A stretch of DNA of 64,000 nucleotides from a virus. The position numbers and the translations under genes were made by a program. Of the stretch, positions 1 to 10,533 are shown one piece after another. Location: positions 32,001-96,000 of IMG/VR virus record IMGVR_UViG_3300010354_000050, one strand, 5' to 3'. A model generated the notes under the pieces. The model searched no databases and was not told the origin of the DNA. It saw only the letters and a program-made list of their open reading frames with translations. Position 1 is the first letter of the stretch. Each line of letters begins with the position of its first letter.

Positions 1-983
1 GGAATTTGGCTAAAGAAAGGATCATACTGATTGCCTGTTGTAGCTTGGCCTGGATTAGACGGCCCTGTTGTCCCTCCTGTAGTATTTCTAGAGTTAGAGC
101 TATTGGCTTGTACAGGTTCATTAGGTTGTACTACCCTTTGGTTGTCTTGTTCGCTAGGAGTATTGGTTCTTGAAGAAGAAGATTCACCCCTAAACAAGGA
201 AGTTTGAACGAGGTTTAAGGTCTGGGTTCTATTAAAAGTGGAAAAAGAACCTGGCCCCAAGATAAAGACTCTTCTTTGCCCTACTACTGCCCTAGCTTGC
301 CTTAGGTTTAACTCTAATTGTTCATTTTCTTCTTCAGTTTGTAGAGTAAAAGGGTAATGCAACAATATTGAACCATCTATGACTGCATCACTAATAGAAA
401 CCAACCCTCCATTTGCATTTACTACATCATTAAGGATAGTGTGGGGAGTACGAGAAAAATCATTTCTTTTAATTTTCATTCCTTTAGCATCTTCAGCAAA
501 TTTCCCCTTAAATTCAAACTTAATATCCCTACAACCTTCTCCACATTTTGATTTAAGAAAATCAGGAAATTTGTCTAAAGTAACTTCACTTCCCATAGTA
601 TAGGAAATTCTGTTATCTGTCCATGGGCCTTTTGGCAAACCTACAGCAACAACTTTAACAGAAGGCTCATCGCCTGTTGACAACCTTAGACCCACAAATT
701 GATAAAAAGTTTCAAAAAAAGTTCCTAATTCATACCCTACCCTGACTTTAATAGCTTTATCTGCAAATTCTGTTTTCAGCTTAACAATAGCATCAACAGC
801 ATAGGAATGGGGAGCAACTTCAAATTCTAGTTTTCCAGCCGCATGATCCATACCTAGTTCTATCCTGGGGTTAGCGGCAATAGGTTGAATTGGAAAACCT
901 TCAGTTTCAAAAGCAGTAAGGTTGACATCATGCCATTGAATTTGAATGAAAGGTTGAATTAAGCGGCCTACAGAAAAAGACAT
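1..983 (-). CDS. Partial virion protein, probable baseplate hub / late control D-like (runs off window start)
   Basis: Read manually from ATG at 983: MSFSVGRLIQPFIQIQWHDVNLT...GKLEFEV...IKVRVGYELG; open over the ~140 codons checked; lies downstream of the tape measure gene. Not in the ORF track. Confidence 0.55.
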   Translation of the reverse strand, partial: MSFSVGRLIQPFIQIQWHDVNLTAFETEGFPIQPIAANPRIELGMDHAAGKLEFEVAPHSYAVDAIVKLKTEFADKAIKVRVGYELGTFFETFYQFVGLRLSTGDEPSVKVVAVGLPKGPWTDNRISYTMGSEVTLDKFPDFLKSKCGEGCRDIKFEFKGKFAEDAKGMKIKRNDFSRTPHTILNDVVNANGGLVSISDAVIDGSILLHYPFTLQTEEENEQLELNLRQARAVVGQRRVFILGPGSFSTFNRTQTLNLVQTSLFRGESSSSRTNTPSEQDNQRVVQPNEPVQANSSNSRNTTGGTTGPSNPGQATTGNQYDPFFSQI

Positions 984-1073
984 TTTGGCTATTGGTTAGT
1001 TATTTACAGTTTGTTACTTGATTTTACCTTACCACTATGGTGCAATGACTGAAGAGTTATAGAAAAGGTCAAC

Positions 1074-1286
1074 ATGATTCCGAAGGTACACCCTCAGTAC
1101 GAATTTCCTAAAAGTGTAGATCTTGTAAGATTTGTAGACTTTGAAACTTCCCAACTATTTGAAGGTTATGTCTATAGATATTCTAAGGATGAACTTGAAT
1201 ATTGTTCAAGGCTACTAGAAAGATCAGAAATTTTTAATCTGATTCACGAAACCATGCAGAGAGATTGGCAAGACACAAAGGAATAG
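1074..1286 (+). CDS. Hypothetical protein
   Basis: 70-aa ORF with AAAGG RBS, on the opposite strand between structural genes. Confidence 0.5.
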   Translation: MIPKVHPQYEFPKSVDLVRFVDFETSQLFEGYVYRYSKDELEYCSRLLERSEIFNLIHETMQRDWQDTKE

Positions 1287-1353
1287 AATGGGTTTTCTAC
1301 TCCTTTTTCTGCTTAAGCTAAAGATTTAATCCTAAGTGATTTTTCACAAAACT

Positions 1354-4300
1354 TTAACCATAAACACCAGAATAATTAGCTGATTCAATAGCATTCATGA
1401 TGTGTGAAGCAATTTCTTCTGCTAGTTCCTTTCCTGACTTATTAGCACCGTTGACATTAATAGTGATCCCGGATACTGTTACAGAACCAGAACCTTGCAT
1501 ACCTGCTCTTACTGATGAACTTACCAAATTAGCAGCTTGGTTAGGCTTCATCATAATTTCACTAGAATTCCCTACTACTAGATCAGAACCATAGGGCATA
1601 TTAGCAAGTTCTCCACCAATAGCCCCCATAACTTCAGGCATTTCCATTCCTGCATAATTAGCCCTAATTACTCCTGCAAAAGGCGTAGGGTTAACAGCAC
1701 CTCTTCCGCCTGGATGAGCTTCAAAGTGCAAGTGTGGCCCTGTTGATCTGCCTGTATTACCTGATAATCCAAAAGGTACACTAGGGACTACTGAAGCGCC
1801 AGGTGGAAGTAAATATCTACTCAGGTGGGCAAAACGGTACATTACTCCGTCTGCCCCCATAACGTCCATAGTCATACCATAACCCTCCATCCATTCAGCC
1901 CTTAGGACTTGACCCGGAATGCCTAAGGCTAATTTAGTACCTATTGGCATACCATAGTCATTTCCTCGGTGAATTCTACCATCTCTCCACCCATAGGGAG
2001 AAGTCATTGGAAAGTTACCAATCCCTCCCCCAATCGGCCCCATAGCTTCTCCACCAAAACTAAAATTTGATGTAACTGTAGGAGTATTAACAACTTCTAC
2101 TCTTACTGCATTTACAACTTCTGTTCTAATTCCAGATTGAAGAATAGACCCAACAGCACTTGTCAAAGATGCAATGGCATTTAGTCTATTAGCATTGTCA
2201 GTTTTTAACTGAGAAACTTCATTCTTTACTTCATTATTTTTCTGCAAAATATTGTTCAAATATTGCAAAGCATTAGAATTTGTTGATGCAATGTGATTCA
2301 AAGGTGCAGTTAATACTGAAATATCCCCATTGCCATTAGCAGCAGCTTTAGTAGGGATGATAAGTTCAGAACTATTGGCAATTACAAGGTTTGAACCAGG
2401 TGGCTTATTTGCAAGTTCAGATTCAATAGCCTTAGGGAGAGGCATAAAGTTGTCTGTACCAAAAGATCCCTTATATTGGGGCACTGCTTCTTGGGACTCC
2501 ATAAGCTTAACAATATTTTCTCTATCTGTACGTAAGAACCTTAGCCTAGCCTGGTCTTCAGGATTAAGACGATTCCTTCTACTTGACAGACTACCAATTT
2601 CATTATCTACCCTTTGAAGATCATTTTCAAGTGAACCTGTTTTATGTAGCCCAAACCTACTAGCTAATGGGCCTAAGGCATCAATAATACCGTTTTTTAT
2701 TGCATTCCCAAATTTTGAAAAAGCTTCTGAAATATAAGTCAAAACATTGTTAGAAAACTCTTGGATTGAATTCCAAACTTCTATTTGTTTTTCTCTGCTA
2801 GTAAAAAATTCTTTTAAGAAATTAATTGCTGAACCAATAGCATGGCCAATGCCCATTATTAGTTCTACAATAACCCTTACAAGAAAACCTATGAGCCAGC
2901 CAACACTGTACAATATTCCTTGGATTATTAAACTTAATAAGTCAAAAATTGCCTTAGTAATTGTGCCTATGTTCTGACCTGCAAAGGCTCCAATAGCATA
3001 ACCAATTATGGTTCCAAGAATAGCTCCTAGGGCTACTCCTAAGGGATTAAGTGATGCAGAACCAACAGCCGCTCCTGCCTTCATACCTATAATAGAACCA
3101 GCAGCCCCTCCAGCAGAAGCACCAGCCGCTTGCCCCACAGGTTGCCCTTCCTTCAGGCGATTTCCAAAGTCAGAAATGGCAAATAAACCTGCTAAAATGG
3201 CACCTGGTTTTAGCAATTTGTCTACTTTGGTCTTTGCAGCACTCGTCTTCAATAGATCGTCCATAGTTTTCTTGATTTCATCAGCAATTTCTGTTGCTGC
3301 ATCTCGTGTCTGTTGTGCAGTTGCTTTAGGATTTTGTGCCATCCAGTTTGCCATTCTTCTATTACCTACATTAGTTGCTGCTTGTTTTGGATCTGTAGCC
3401 GGATTAGCAAGTTCATCAGACAACTCCCTAAACAAAGAATCAGGAGCTAACTTAGAAAAGAAAGTCCCTAACCCAAACATTCCTAGTATTTTAGCTCCTA
3501 GACCACTAAACAGTTGCGGTATAACACCAATAAGCATTACAGAAAGGCCAGATAAAATAGCTGGCAGAAGTATGGTAAAGAAACCAAACATTGCACTTTC
3601 TACAGGAAAAGTTTTAACAACTTCCATGAAACCCCAAGAAAGAAACTTAATGAAAGCCTTAATCAAATCAACTATAGCCTGTTTTCCACCTTGCTCCACA
3701 AAACCTGTAACAAAGCCTTCAGCTAACGCACTTTTGGTTGTTTCTGAAACAAAGGCATTAAATATGTTGAAGAGTTCTACAAAGAATATAGCTAATAGTT
3801 CACTAAACAATTTGCCATGTTGCCTAGCTAAGTCAGAACTTAAGTAAGTAGAAATTTGCTCCCTTAGTTTAGTACCTAGTTGATCAGGAGTTACAGAAAA
3901 GTCTTCTAACATACTCCCTGTGTCTAAAAACTCTTCATAGGAAATAACCCCTCCCATTGCCAGAGCATTGTTGATAGTTGACATAGTAGCCCTCAATGAA
4001 AGGGTTTTCATTAAATTTTCTTTTAAGTTCTCATCAGTTATCTTTTCTAACTCCTCTACAAACCAGTTATTATAGGTTTCAAAAGTTCTTTGGAGGGACA
4101 TGGTTGATTCTCTCAACTGCATAAGCCTAGTGCCAAGTAGTTGAAAAGGATCAAACAACATAGCCATTGAATCAGTAATTGGAAATAATACTTGACTAAT
4201 ATTGAAGAAAATATCTCTAACGTATTCAAAGACAGATAGGTTTTCTAAAGCTGCATCAGCAACATCTTCAACAGCTTTGCCAGAATCATCAATAGCCCTA

Positions 4301-5661
4301 CCAAAGGCATCATAGGCTACTGCTTGGATGCTTAAAGCCCTTCCTAGCCCTAAAAGACCTACTTCAGGATCAAATAAAGAAGTATTGAGTCTTTCTAAAA
4401 TACCTGAAAAAGTACGCATATACCTTCTTACAAGTTCAGGAGTAATGACCTCTTCAAAGGCATTCATGATAGCTTCAAGCCTTGCTGCTGTATTTGCCGA
4501 CTCTTTATTGATTTTTTCAACATTTCTTTGTAGAGTCCCCCTGATCATAGGTTCTCTAAAAATAGCAGCATACCTTTCAAACATCCCTAAAGAAACTTGT
4601 TCTTCAGAAATCATCCTTTCTGCTAGAATAGGAAGGCCATATGGCCCTTGTTTAGCCCCTAGCCCCGCCAAAGTAGTTAATTTAGTAAATTCACCAATGA
4701 TCTCTGTTGCAGCATCCGGCAATAGTTTGTCTTTAGGTTGATTTTCGTCAAAACTTCTTTTATTTTCTTCAGCTAATCTTTTAGCTAATTCAACTGAATT
4801 TTTTTCATCTTTAGCAATAGTCATGTAGATCCCGTCGGCAATTTGCTTGGAGATCTGCACATACTCATTAGTAGAACCTGGTAGGCTTCCTGCAAGTTGA
4901 GCCAGGTAACGGTTAGTTTCCTTAGTTTGTAATTCTGCTGCCCGGAAAGACTTGAAAATAGGGTTACTTGAAGTATTTGAAATAGAAAAAAGACCTCCAG
5001 CAGTTTTCACATCAGACATTTCATCTTCAATTCTTTCCTTAAAGCCTGAAACAAAATAGTTCAAAGGCGTAGAAATCAGACCCATGAACATTTGAAAAGC
5101 TGCCATGAGGGCATTAGTAACTGCTTGAGTTATACTTTGTTGAAGGGCAAAACCAAAAGCCTCAGCAGGACTAAAATAGCCCCCAATACCAGCATTCCAG
5201 TCGATCCCACCTCCACCACCTCCACCACCTCTACCTCTATTGCTTCTCCCACCCCCTGAAAAATTAAAACCAGGTGGCGACATACCTGTACTGCCTGGAG
5301 GGGGATTTCTATTACTCCCTCCCCCACCTCCCCCTGTTGGATTACCAAAGGGATTCCACCCTTGTCTTCTGCCCCCACTTGAACCCATATTGGGAACATT
5401 ATTAGCACTGTTCATTGAACTAGCAAACTGCCCTGCCCTACTAGCCGCATTGCTAAGTATTCTATTAAGACCCTTAAAATTAGAGGTTAAATTCCTAACC
5501 CCTTGAGCAATATTCCTGACAGAATCATTAATATTGTCAAACCTGCCCCCTATCCCTGAAGCTATGTTATTTAACCTTTGAAAACTAGCCCTTATACGGT
5601 TAATTGGAGCGCTAACTCTTTCTGTTATTCTAGCGACAATATCTATAATTTGCTGTGTCAT
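1354..5661 (-). CDS. Tail tape measure protein with C-terminal M23 peptidase
   Basis: 1435 aa, helical and Gly/Ala-rich with hydrophobic stretches; C-terminal M23 motifs HRGND, FAHLS, GNTGRSTGPHLHFE. Confidence 0.85.
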   Translation of the reverse strand: MTQQIIDIVARITERVSAPINRIRASFQRLNNIASGIGGRFDNINDSVRNIAQGVRNLTSNFKGLNRILSNAASRAGQFASSMNSANNVPNMGSSGGRRQGWNPFGNPTGGGGGGSNRNPPPGSTGMSPPGFNFSGGGRSNRGRGGGGGGGGIDWNAGIGGYFSPAEAFGFALQQSITQAVTNALMAAFQMFMGLISTPLNYFVSGFKERIEDEMSDVKTAGGLFSISNTSSNPIFKSFRAAELQTKETNRYLAQLAGSLPGSTNEYVQISKQIADGIYMTIAKDEKNSVELAKRLAEENKRSFDENQPKDKLLPDAATEIIGEFTKLTTLAGLGAKQGPYGLPILAERMISEEQVSLGMFERYAAIFREPMIRGTLQRNVEKINKESANTAARLEAIMNAFEEVITPELVRRYMRTFSGILERLNTSLFDPEVGLLGLGRALSIQAVAYDAFGRAIDDSGKAVEDVADAALENLSVFEYVRDIFFNISQVLFPITDSMAMLFDPFQLLGTRLMQLRESTMSLQRTFETYNNWFVEELEKITDENLKENLMKTLSLRATMSTINNALAMGGVISYEEFLDTGSMLEDFSVTPDQLGTKLREQISTYLSSDLARQHGKLFSELLAIFFVELFNIFNAFVSETTKSALAEGFVTGFVEQGGKQAIVDLIKAFIKFLSWGFMEVVKTFPVESAMFGFFTILLPAILSGLSVMLIGVIPQLFSGLGAKILGMFGLGTFFSKLAPDSLFRELSDELANPATDPKQAATNVGNRRMANWMAQNPKATAQQTRDAATEIADEIKKTMDDLLKTSAAKTKVDKLLKPGAILAGLFAISDFGNRLKEGQPVGQAAGASAGGAAGSIIGMKAGAAVGSASLNPLGVALGAILGTIIGYAIGAFAGQNIGTITKAIFDLLSLIIQGILYSVGWLIGFLVRVIVELIMGIGHAIGSAINFLKEFFTSREKQIEVWNSIQEFSNNVLTYISEAFSKFGNAIKNGIIDALGPLASRFGLHKTGSLENDLQRVDNEIGSLSSRRNRLNPEDQARLRFLRTDRENIVKLMESQEAVPQYKGSFGTDNFMPLPKAIESELANKPPGSNLVIANSSELIIPTKAAANGNGDISVLTAPLNHIASTNSNALQYLNNILQKNNEVKNEVSQLKTDNANRLNAIASLTSAVGSILQSGIRTEVVNAVRVEVVNTPTVTSNFSFGGEAMGPIGGGIGNFPMTSPYGWRDGRIHRGNDYGMPIGTKLALGIPGQVLRAEWMEGYGMTMDVMGADGVMYRFAHLSRYLLPPGASVVPSVPFGLSGNTGRSTGPHLHFEAHPGGRGAVNPTPFAGVIRANYAGMEMPEVMGAIGGELANMPYGSDLVVGNSSEIMMKPNQAANLVSSSVRAGMQGSGSVTVSGITINVNGANKSGKELAEEIASHIMNAIESANYSGVYG

Positions 5662-5724
5662 TTTTTTAACTATTTAAGGAATACAAGAATTAATTTTACT
5701 AAATTATCTACGTTAATTTGTTTG

Positions 5725-7533
5725 TTATTGGTTGGGTTGAGGAAGGGGAGATGGGGTTACAACATCCCCTCCAACTACTAGATCCGTTGGCCTTGCACTA
5801 CCAAGGGGAGTAGTAGATTGCTGTGAAACATTTGAACCTGTACCTGCACCTTCTCCATTTCTATTCCCATTTCTATTCCCATTTCCGTTTCTATTTTCCC
5901 TACTACTGCTTGGGTTTGTACTTCTTGGAGTTTGTTCTGATTCTTTAGGAATAAGAGCTTGTTCAGCAGTTGCGGATAGTGTACCAGACATTGCTTTAGA
6001 AGCTAAATCCCTGCCTGTGTTAACCTGAAATTCTGGAACTTGTTGTAATTCGACATCTACAGTAGCCCTAGTAGCAAAACCTCTTGTGTCCCTCATAACT
6101 TCCTTTACATTAACGCTAGTAATGATAAAAGTCCCATAGTTTTTTCCACCTGCAAACAACTTCCAACAATAAGGAGCAACATACCCTACTGTTTTGTTCA
6201 TTACCATGTTCATGCAAGTTTCTAATGCTAAAATGTTAGCTTCTACGGTCTTCCTATCTGAAAAACCTTCTAGCATGACTTCCCCTAACGTTAATGTCCT
6301 TAAACCAGTATTCCCATATACAACGTAGGGAGTATTGGAACCAAAGGTATTTACTGTAGATGCTTTACCTGCTTTTTTCCAGCTTACATCTTTAGGTGAA
6401 GTTATAAAATACCAAGATTTGGGAATTAGTTCATCTGTATTATTTGTTTGAATTTCAATAGCATTTTCTGAAAAAGCTTGCCCAAAAGTAGCAGAACCAG
6501 ATGTGTCAAAGCCAATAGATCTTTCTGAAATTGTTCTAGCCAACTCCCTGTCAGAATTAACTCCTGGAAAAACTTCAGAAATGCTAGTTGACAAAGAACT
6601 GTTTGCCCCATTTCCAAAGACAAAATCTTCTACACCTACTTGTGCTGATTCTGTTTGTTCTCTTAAGAAAAAAGATTTTTCACCCAAGTTATAAAAATAA
6701 GAGTAAGAATTAGCTGCCGAAAGCCCCAAAGTTCCTAAATTACGTACTGCATCTGGCCCTTCTCCCCTAGTAGTATTAATATCAAGGGAATAAGTAGGAA
6801 AAACTTCAATGGTGTTTTGAGCAGTCTGGTCTACAATTTCATTTTCTACTTCATCAAACTGCCCTAAGTACCTTTCTATTTGCAAACCTGTCAAATAACC
6901 CACTAAAGGAGAAAACCCCCCTAAGCCCACATTTTGCAAAGTCCTGTTTGTAAATCCTGTAACAGCATCCAAAGCAGCAGCTAGGGCAAGTTGACCTAGG
7001 GGAGTAGGGATACTGGTTCCTAAGAAATTGCCACCTCCTGTTTGAGCATCAACTGGAATTTCTACAGGCAATTCACTAATTAATTCAGAAGGGTTAGAAA
7101 GTTTTTCAATGGCTTCAGCAGCTTGGGGTACTGTCTGATCAGCCCTTAGCAAAAAGAAAACAATATCTTGACTTTCGGAATAGGGTTGATCTCCTGCTGC
7201 TTTGGAACCTGAATATTCCGTATGAAGGGGTTTAGGCTTACTACCATAAATAGGTGTTACAGGAATAGAAGGGGGTTCATAGGGTTCAGGGAGTGGGCCT
7301 AGGACAACAGAACCTAGGGCATTTTGCAAAACCCCACCTAGGAAATTGTTACCTATAGTAGGGATTAGGCCACTTACACCCAGACTTATTGCTGTAGCAG
7401 AAAAGTCATCTTTGGCAATTTGCTGTAAGGAATTGCCAATTTGTTGAGAAGCCACTGTAGATAGTCTATTGGCACTGGTTGATATAATCTGTTGAAATTG
7501 CCTATTAGGTAGGCCAGAAAGAAAATTTGGCAT
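5725..7533 (-). CDS. Tail/baseplate protein (gpU / tube-initiator-like C-terminal half)
   Basis: C-terminal half WYFITSPKDVSW...LRTLTL...YGTFIITSVNVKE...TRATVDVELQQ resembles myovirus gpU-like proteins; next to the tape measure gene. Confidence 0.55.
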   Translation of the reverse strand: MPNFLSGLPNRQFQQIISTSANRLSTVASQQIGNSLQQIAKDDFSATAISLGVSGLIPTIGNNFLGGVLQNALGSVVLGPLPEPYEPPSIPVTPIYGSKPKPLHTEYSGSKAAGDQPYSESQDIVFFLLRADQTVPQAAEAIEKLSNPSELISELPVEIPVDAQTGGGNFLGTSIPTPLGQLALAAALDAVTGFTNRTLQNVGLGGFSPLVGYLTGLQIERYLGQFDEVENEIVDQTAQNTIEVFPTYSLDINTTRGEGPDAVRNLGTLGLSAANSYSYFYNLGEKSFFLREQTESAQVGVEDFVFGNGANSSLSTSISEVFPGVNSDRELARTISERSIGFDTSGSATFGQAFSENAIEIQTNNTDELIPKSWYFITSPKDVSWKKAGKASTVNTFGSNTPYVVYGNTGLRTLTLGEVMLEGFSDRKTVEANILALETCMNMVMNKTVGYVAPYCWKLFAGGKNYGTFIITSVNVKEVMRDTRGFATRATVDVELQQVPEFQVNTGRDLASKAMSGTLSATAEQALIPKESEQTPRSTNPSSSRENRNGNGNRNGNRNGEGAGTGSNVSQQSTTPLGSARPTDLVVGGDVVTPSPLPQPNQ

Positions 7534-7640
7534 TTTATGACAGAAAAAAAAAGAACTTTAGTATCACTTCTAAAGTTCTTTTTACCTCTTGGTTATTTAT
7601 TATTTGTTGTTAAGTATAAACTTAACGCTGAAAGTGTTAT

Positions 7641-8600
7641 TTATGCAGAAGCTTCATTTGTATTTCCAGAAATTCTACTATCTGCTGAAGCGGGTCTAGG
7701 TTCTGCTGGTACAGGAGCAGGTGCAGGTGGTAGTGTAGTTGACCCTGAACTACTAGAGCCATTACTGCTAGGGGAACTAGATGGAGATCTAGTTGTTCTC
7801 CATCCTACAGGTAAACTCTGTTGGTTAGGGTCATTTCTTGCTGCTTCATTAATTTCCTGTGTCCTGTCATTTTCAGGTCTTTGGGAAATAGGTTCACCAG
7901 AAATGCAATTCTGACCTTTAGCAATACCATAGATAGAACCATCAGGTCTTTGGCAAAGTTGTGAGTCAGCATCAGATTGGCCCCTATTAGCATTTACTAG
8001 GGCATTTTCAATAACTCTTTGGGCAACATCCCTAGTAATACTTCTAAGTCTTTCTCGTCTTGCTGCTTCAGTTGCTTCCCTTTGTTGCCTCAACCTTTCC
8101 TCAGCTTCTCTCCTTTCTCTTTCTCTTCTTTCTGCTTCCTCTCTCTCCCTTTGAAGCCTTGCTTCTCTCTGTGCCGCTGTTTCTGTAGGTTGCTGCTGTT
8201 GTTGTCTAGGTTGATTACCCCTTCCACCACTTGAAGTAGAACTTCTACCACTTGGAGTAGAACTTCTACCACTTGGAGTAGAACTTCTACCACTTGGAGT
8301 AGAACTCCTGCTGCTACCGTTACCAGAAGAAGAAGAAGCAGGTGAAGAAGAGCCAGCAGGGTATACTAAGTTAGTTCTCCTTCCCGGTACAGGACTTGGT
8401 ACCCTCCTTACACCACTATTGCCAGGAGAATTGGTTCTAAGATTATTAAGGTTTACATTATTCTGTAACCAACGATTTGCTGCCCTTGCCCAATTACCTA
8501 AATTATAACTTTCAGAATCTTCACCATTAACTGAATATCTTAAGAGGGCTTTTTCCCTAAACTCTAACAAATTATCTTCTTCAAATTTTCCCAAACTCAT
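7641..8600 (-). CDS. Low-complexity protein of the shared-leader family (LCQRPDG motif)
   Basis: Leader MSLGKFEEDNLLEFREKALLRY; Ser/Arg repeats; coiled coil; LCQRPDGSIYGI...CISG motif. Confidence 0.75.
   Translation of the reverse strand: MSLGKFEEDNLLEFREKALLRYSVNGEDSESYNLGNWARAANRWLQNNVNLNNLRTNSPGNSGVRRVPSPVPGRRTNLVYPAGSSSPASSSSGNGSSRSSTPSGRSSTPSGRSSTPSGRSSTSSGGRGNQPRQQQQQPTETAAQREARLQREREEAERRERERREAEERLRQQREATEAARRERLRSITRDVAQRVIENALVNANRGQSDADSQLCQRPDGSIYGIAKGQNCISGEPISQRPENDRTQEINEAARNDPNQQSLPVGWRTTRSPSSSPSSNGSSSSGSTTLPPAPAPVPAEPRPASADSRISGNTNEASA
8226..8309. repeat. 4 x 21-bp coding tandem repeat (SSTPSGR)
   Basis: accacttg(g/a)agtagaact(t/c)ct x4. Confidence 0.9.
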
Positions 8601-8729
8601 TTATTTAACCCCTAATCATGATACTATAAACCTTGAACTTTGCCATTGATGGCTCATTAGCTTAGTACTACATTTTATACTACCTAGGGCAAGTCTTACC
8701 CCCTTGTAGCAGCCTGTCCTACTATTTTT

Positions 8730-9080
8730 CTAAATTGTCTGTTGCCTAGGTGGATTACTACTACTTCTAGAAGATGAAGATGAAGATGAACTAGGTCTAC
8801 TACTACTTCCTGAACCAGAGGAGGAAGAAGTTCTACTAGGCTGAATTACTCCAGCAGGATTAGGCCCAGTTACGCCTGTTACTGCGGCCTGGGTAGCTAT
8901 TCTTCCTGCACTAGATTGAATAGGAGTCGGTGCATTGCCTGTGAACCGATTCCAAGAATTTGTTATACCTTGCCTAATCCTCGCCAATATATAGTCATCT
9001 GAGTCACCCCCACTATATTTAACTAGTGCCTGTTCCCGAAAGTCAACTAAGTTTTATTCGTCAAATCTACCTAAACCCAT
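8730..9080 (-). pseudogene. Shared-leader family member with in-frame TAA at codon 9
   Basis: MGLGRFDE*NLVDFREQALVKYSGGDSDDYILARIRQG...; stop at 9056-9054, frame continues into the 8730-8987 ORF. Confidence 0.75.
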
Positions 9081-9151
9081 TTGTACACCTACCTATAAAA
9101 AATTAAACTTATGCCAAACCTGTGAGTATACTACCCTGCCATAGTTCTTAC

Positions 9152-10468
9152 CTACATTCTCGACAGGGAACCAACAATCAGCTTAAAATATTCAGGGTCT
9201 TTTTCATATAGGTTAACCATAGCGGTACTGCTATGAAAGTACTGAAGCCCCATTGAAAAAACTTCTGTCGCATTTTTTCCTGTATAAACCTTTCCTACAT
9301 ATGGGCTTATATAGTTGCCAGGTAAAGCTACCTCAGTTCTACTATAAAAAGTAGCGTCCGTTAATTTATTCAGGGACTCCGGCTTACGGGAAGTAGCCCT
9401 AGAGTCCCTGAAATCTACCATAGACCTGTATATTTCGGGATTGGAGTACTCAACGAAATGTCCGAACTCGTGCCAAAGAGTTGATGTCTGACTTGTTGAA
9501 TCTTTGTTACTTGCTGACATAGCAATAAACCCCTTTGGTATCAATGGGGGCTTGAAAGCATAAGCCCTCCCTCCCATAAAAAATGCAGGATCTCCTATAG
9601 AACCTATAGAGTCTTCTTTGTTTTTTGTAATAACATACAAGTCTTCTAATGCACGCTTATAAAACTCTTCAGCAAAGTAGTGGTCTTTTCCTGTTTTAAT
9701 CCTGACTTTTTCTACTTGTTCTCTAGCTTCTTGACGATTTCCCTTAGATAACAAGTTCTCCCTAATAAAATTCATTTGTTCGGCGGCTTTAGCGAAGTCC
9801 TTCGGGGGAAGGCGACCATTACTATCTCTATTGAGATTGAGGAGGTCTAATTCAGAAAACTGTTCGCTATACTCTTTCTCTGCTTGCTTTATTACTCCCT
9901 CATGGCTATTACCTTCTTTCTTAGTAAGGAGATTTTTAGCTGCCGTTCTTAATCTTGGTATTAGGTTCCTTCTTCTAATGCCCCTAAGCTCTTCAGGAGT
10001 AGGGGGTCTGACGTTATTGCCAGAGTTTCTCCCATCATTGGCTCCTCTCTCATCTCTGAGTTCTTCAGGAGTCATGGGTCTTACCCCTGTCCCTTGAGGG
10101 GATTGCTGCCTAGGGGCAGAAATTTCTCTTCCAGAAACACAATTTCTATTCCGAGGTATCCCGTAAGTAGACCCGTCTGGTCTTTGGCAGAGTTTACCTG
10201 TGTCTACCTGGGGTTGCCCCCTGTCATTATCACTAGAAGAAATTTTGGTTCTATTTCTCCTAGGGTTTGAGTTATTACTCTTTACTTTCTGCCTATTTGC
10301 TCTTTGCTTTAACCTATTGGCTAATCTTTGCTTTAACCTATTGGCTAAGTTTCTTCTAAGATTACCAATAATATAGTTCTCAGAATCCTTACTATCGCCA
10401 GCGTACCTTAATAGGGCTTCCTCCCTAAACCTGAGTAAACTATCCTCTCTAAATTCTCCAAAGGCCAT
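9152..10468 (-). CDS. Shared-leader family protein with C-terminal zincin-like metallopeptidase domain
   Basis: Probable start MAFGEFREDSLLRFREEALLRY at 10468 (by paralogy); LCQRPDG motif; WHEFGHFVE (HEXXH) and downstream TEVFSMG. Confidence 0.75.
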   Translation of the reverse strand: MAFGEFREDSLLRFREEALLRYAGDSKDSENYIIGNLRRNLANRLKQRLANRLKQRANRQKVKSNNSNPRRNRTKISSSDNDRGQPQVDTGKLCQRPDGSTYGIPRNRNCVSGREISAPRQQSPQGTGVRPMTPEELRDERGANDGRNSGNNVRPPTPEELRGIRRRNLIPRLRTAAKNLLTKKEGNSHEGVIKQAEKEYSEQFSELDLLNLNRDSNGRLPPKDFAKAAEQMNFIRENLLSKGNRQEAREQVEKVRIKTGKDHYFAEEFYKRALEDLYVITKNKEDSIGSIGDPAFFMGGRAYAFKPPLIPKGFIAMSASNKDSTSQTSTLWHEFGHFVEYSNPEIYRSMVDFRDSRATSRKPESLNKLTDATFYSRTEVALPGNYISPYVGKVYTGKNATEVFSMGLQYFHSSTAMVNLYEKDPEYFKLIVGSLSRM

Positions 10469-10533
10469 TGCTGAATACCTTTTTTTACTCGTCTTGTGTA
10501 TAACCTGTATTAAGAGCTTACCCCCCACCATTA

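Noticed and set aside
1397-5506. Plus-strand ORFs overlapping the tape measure (e.g. 3008-3847)
   Set aside because: Antisense shadows of a long real gene, with no motifs or expression signals.
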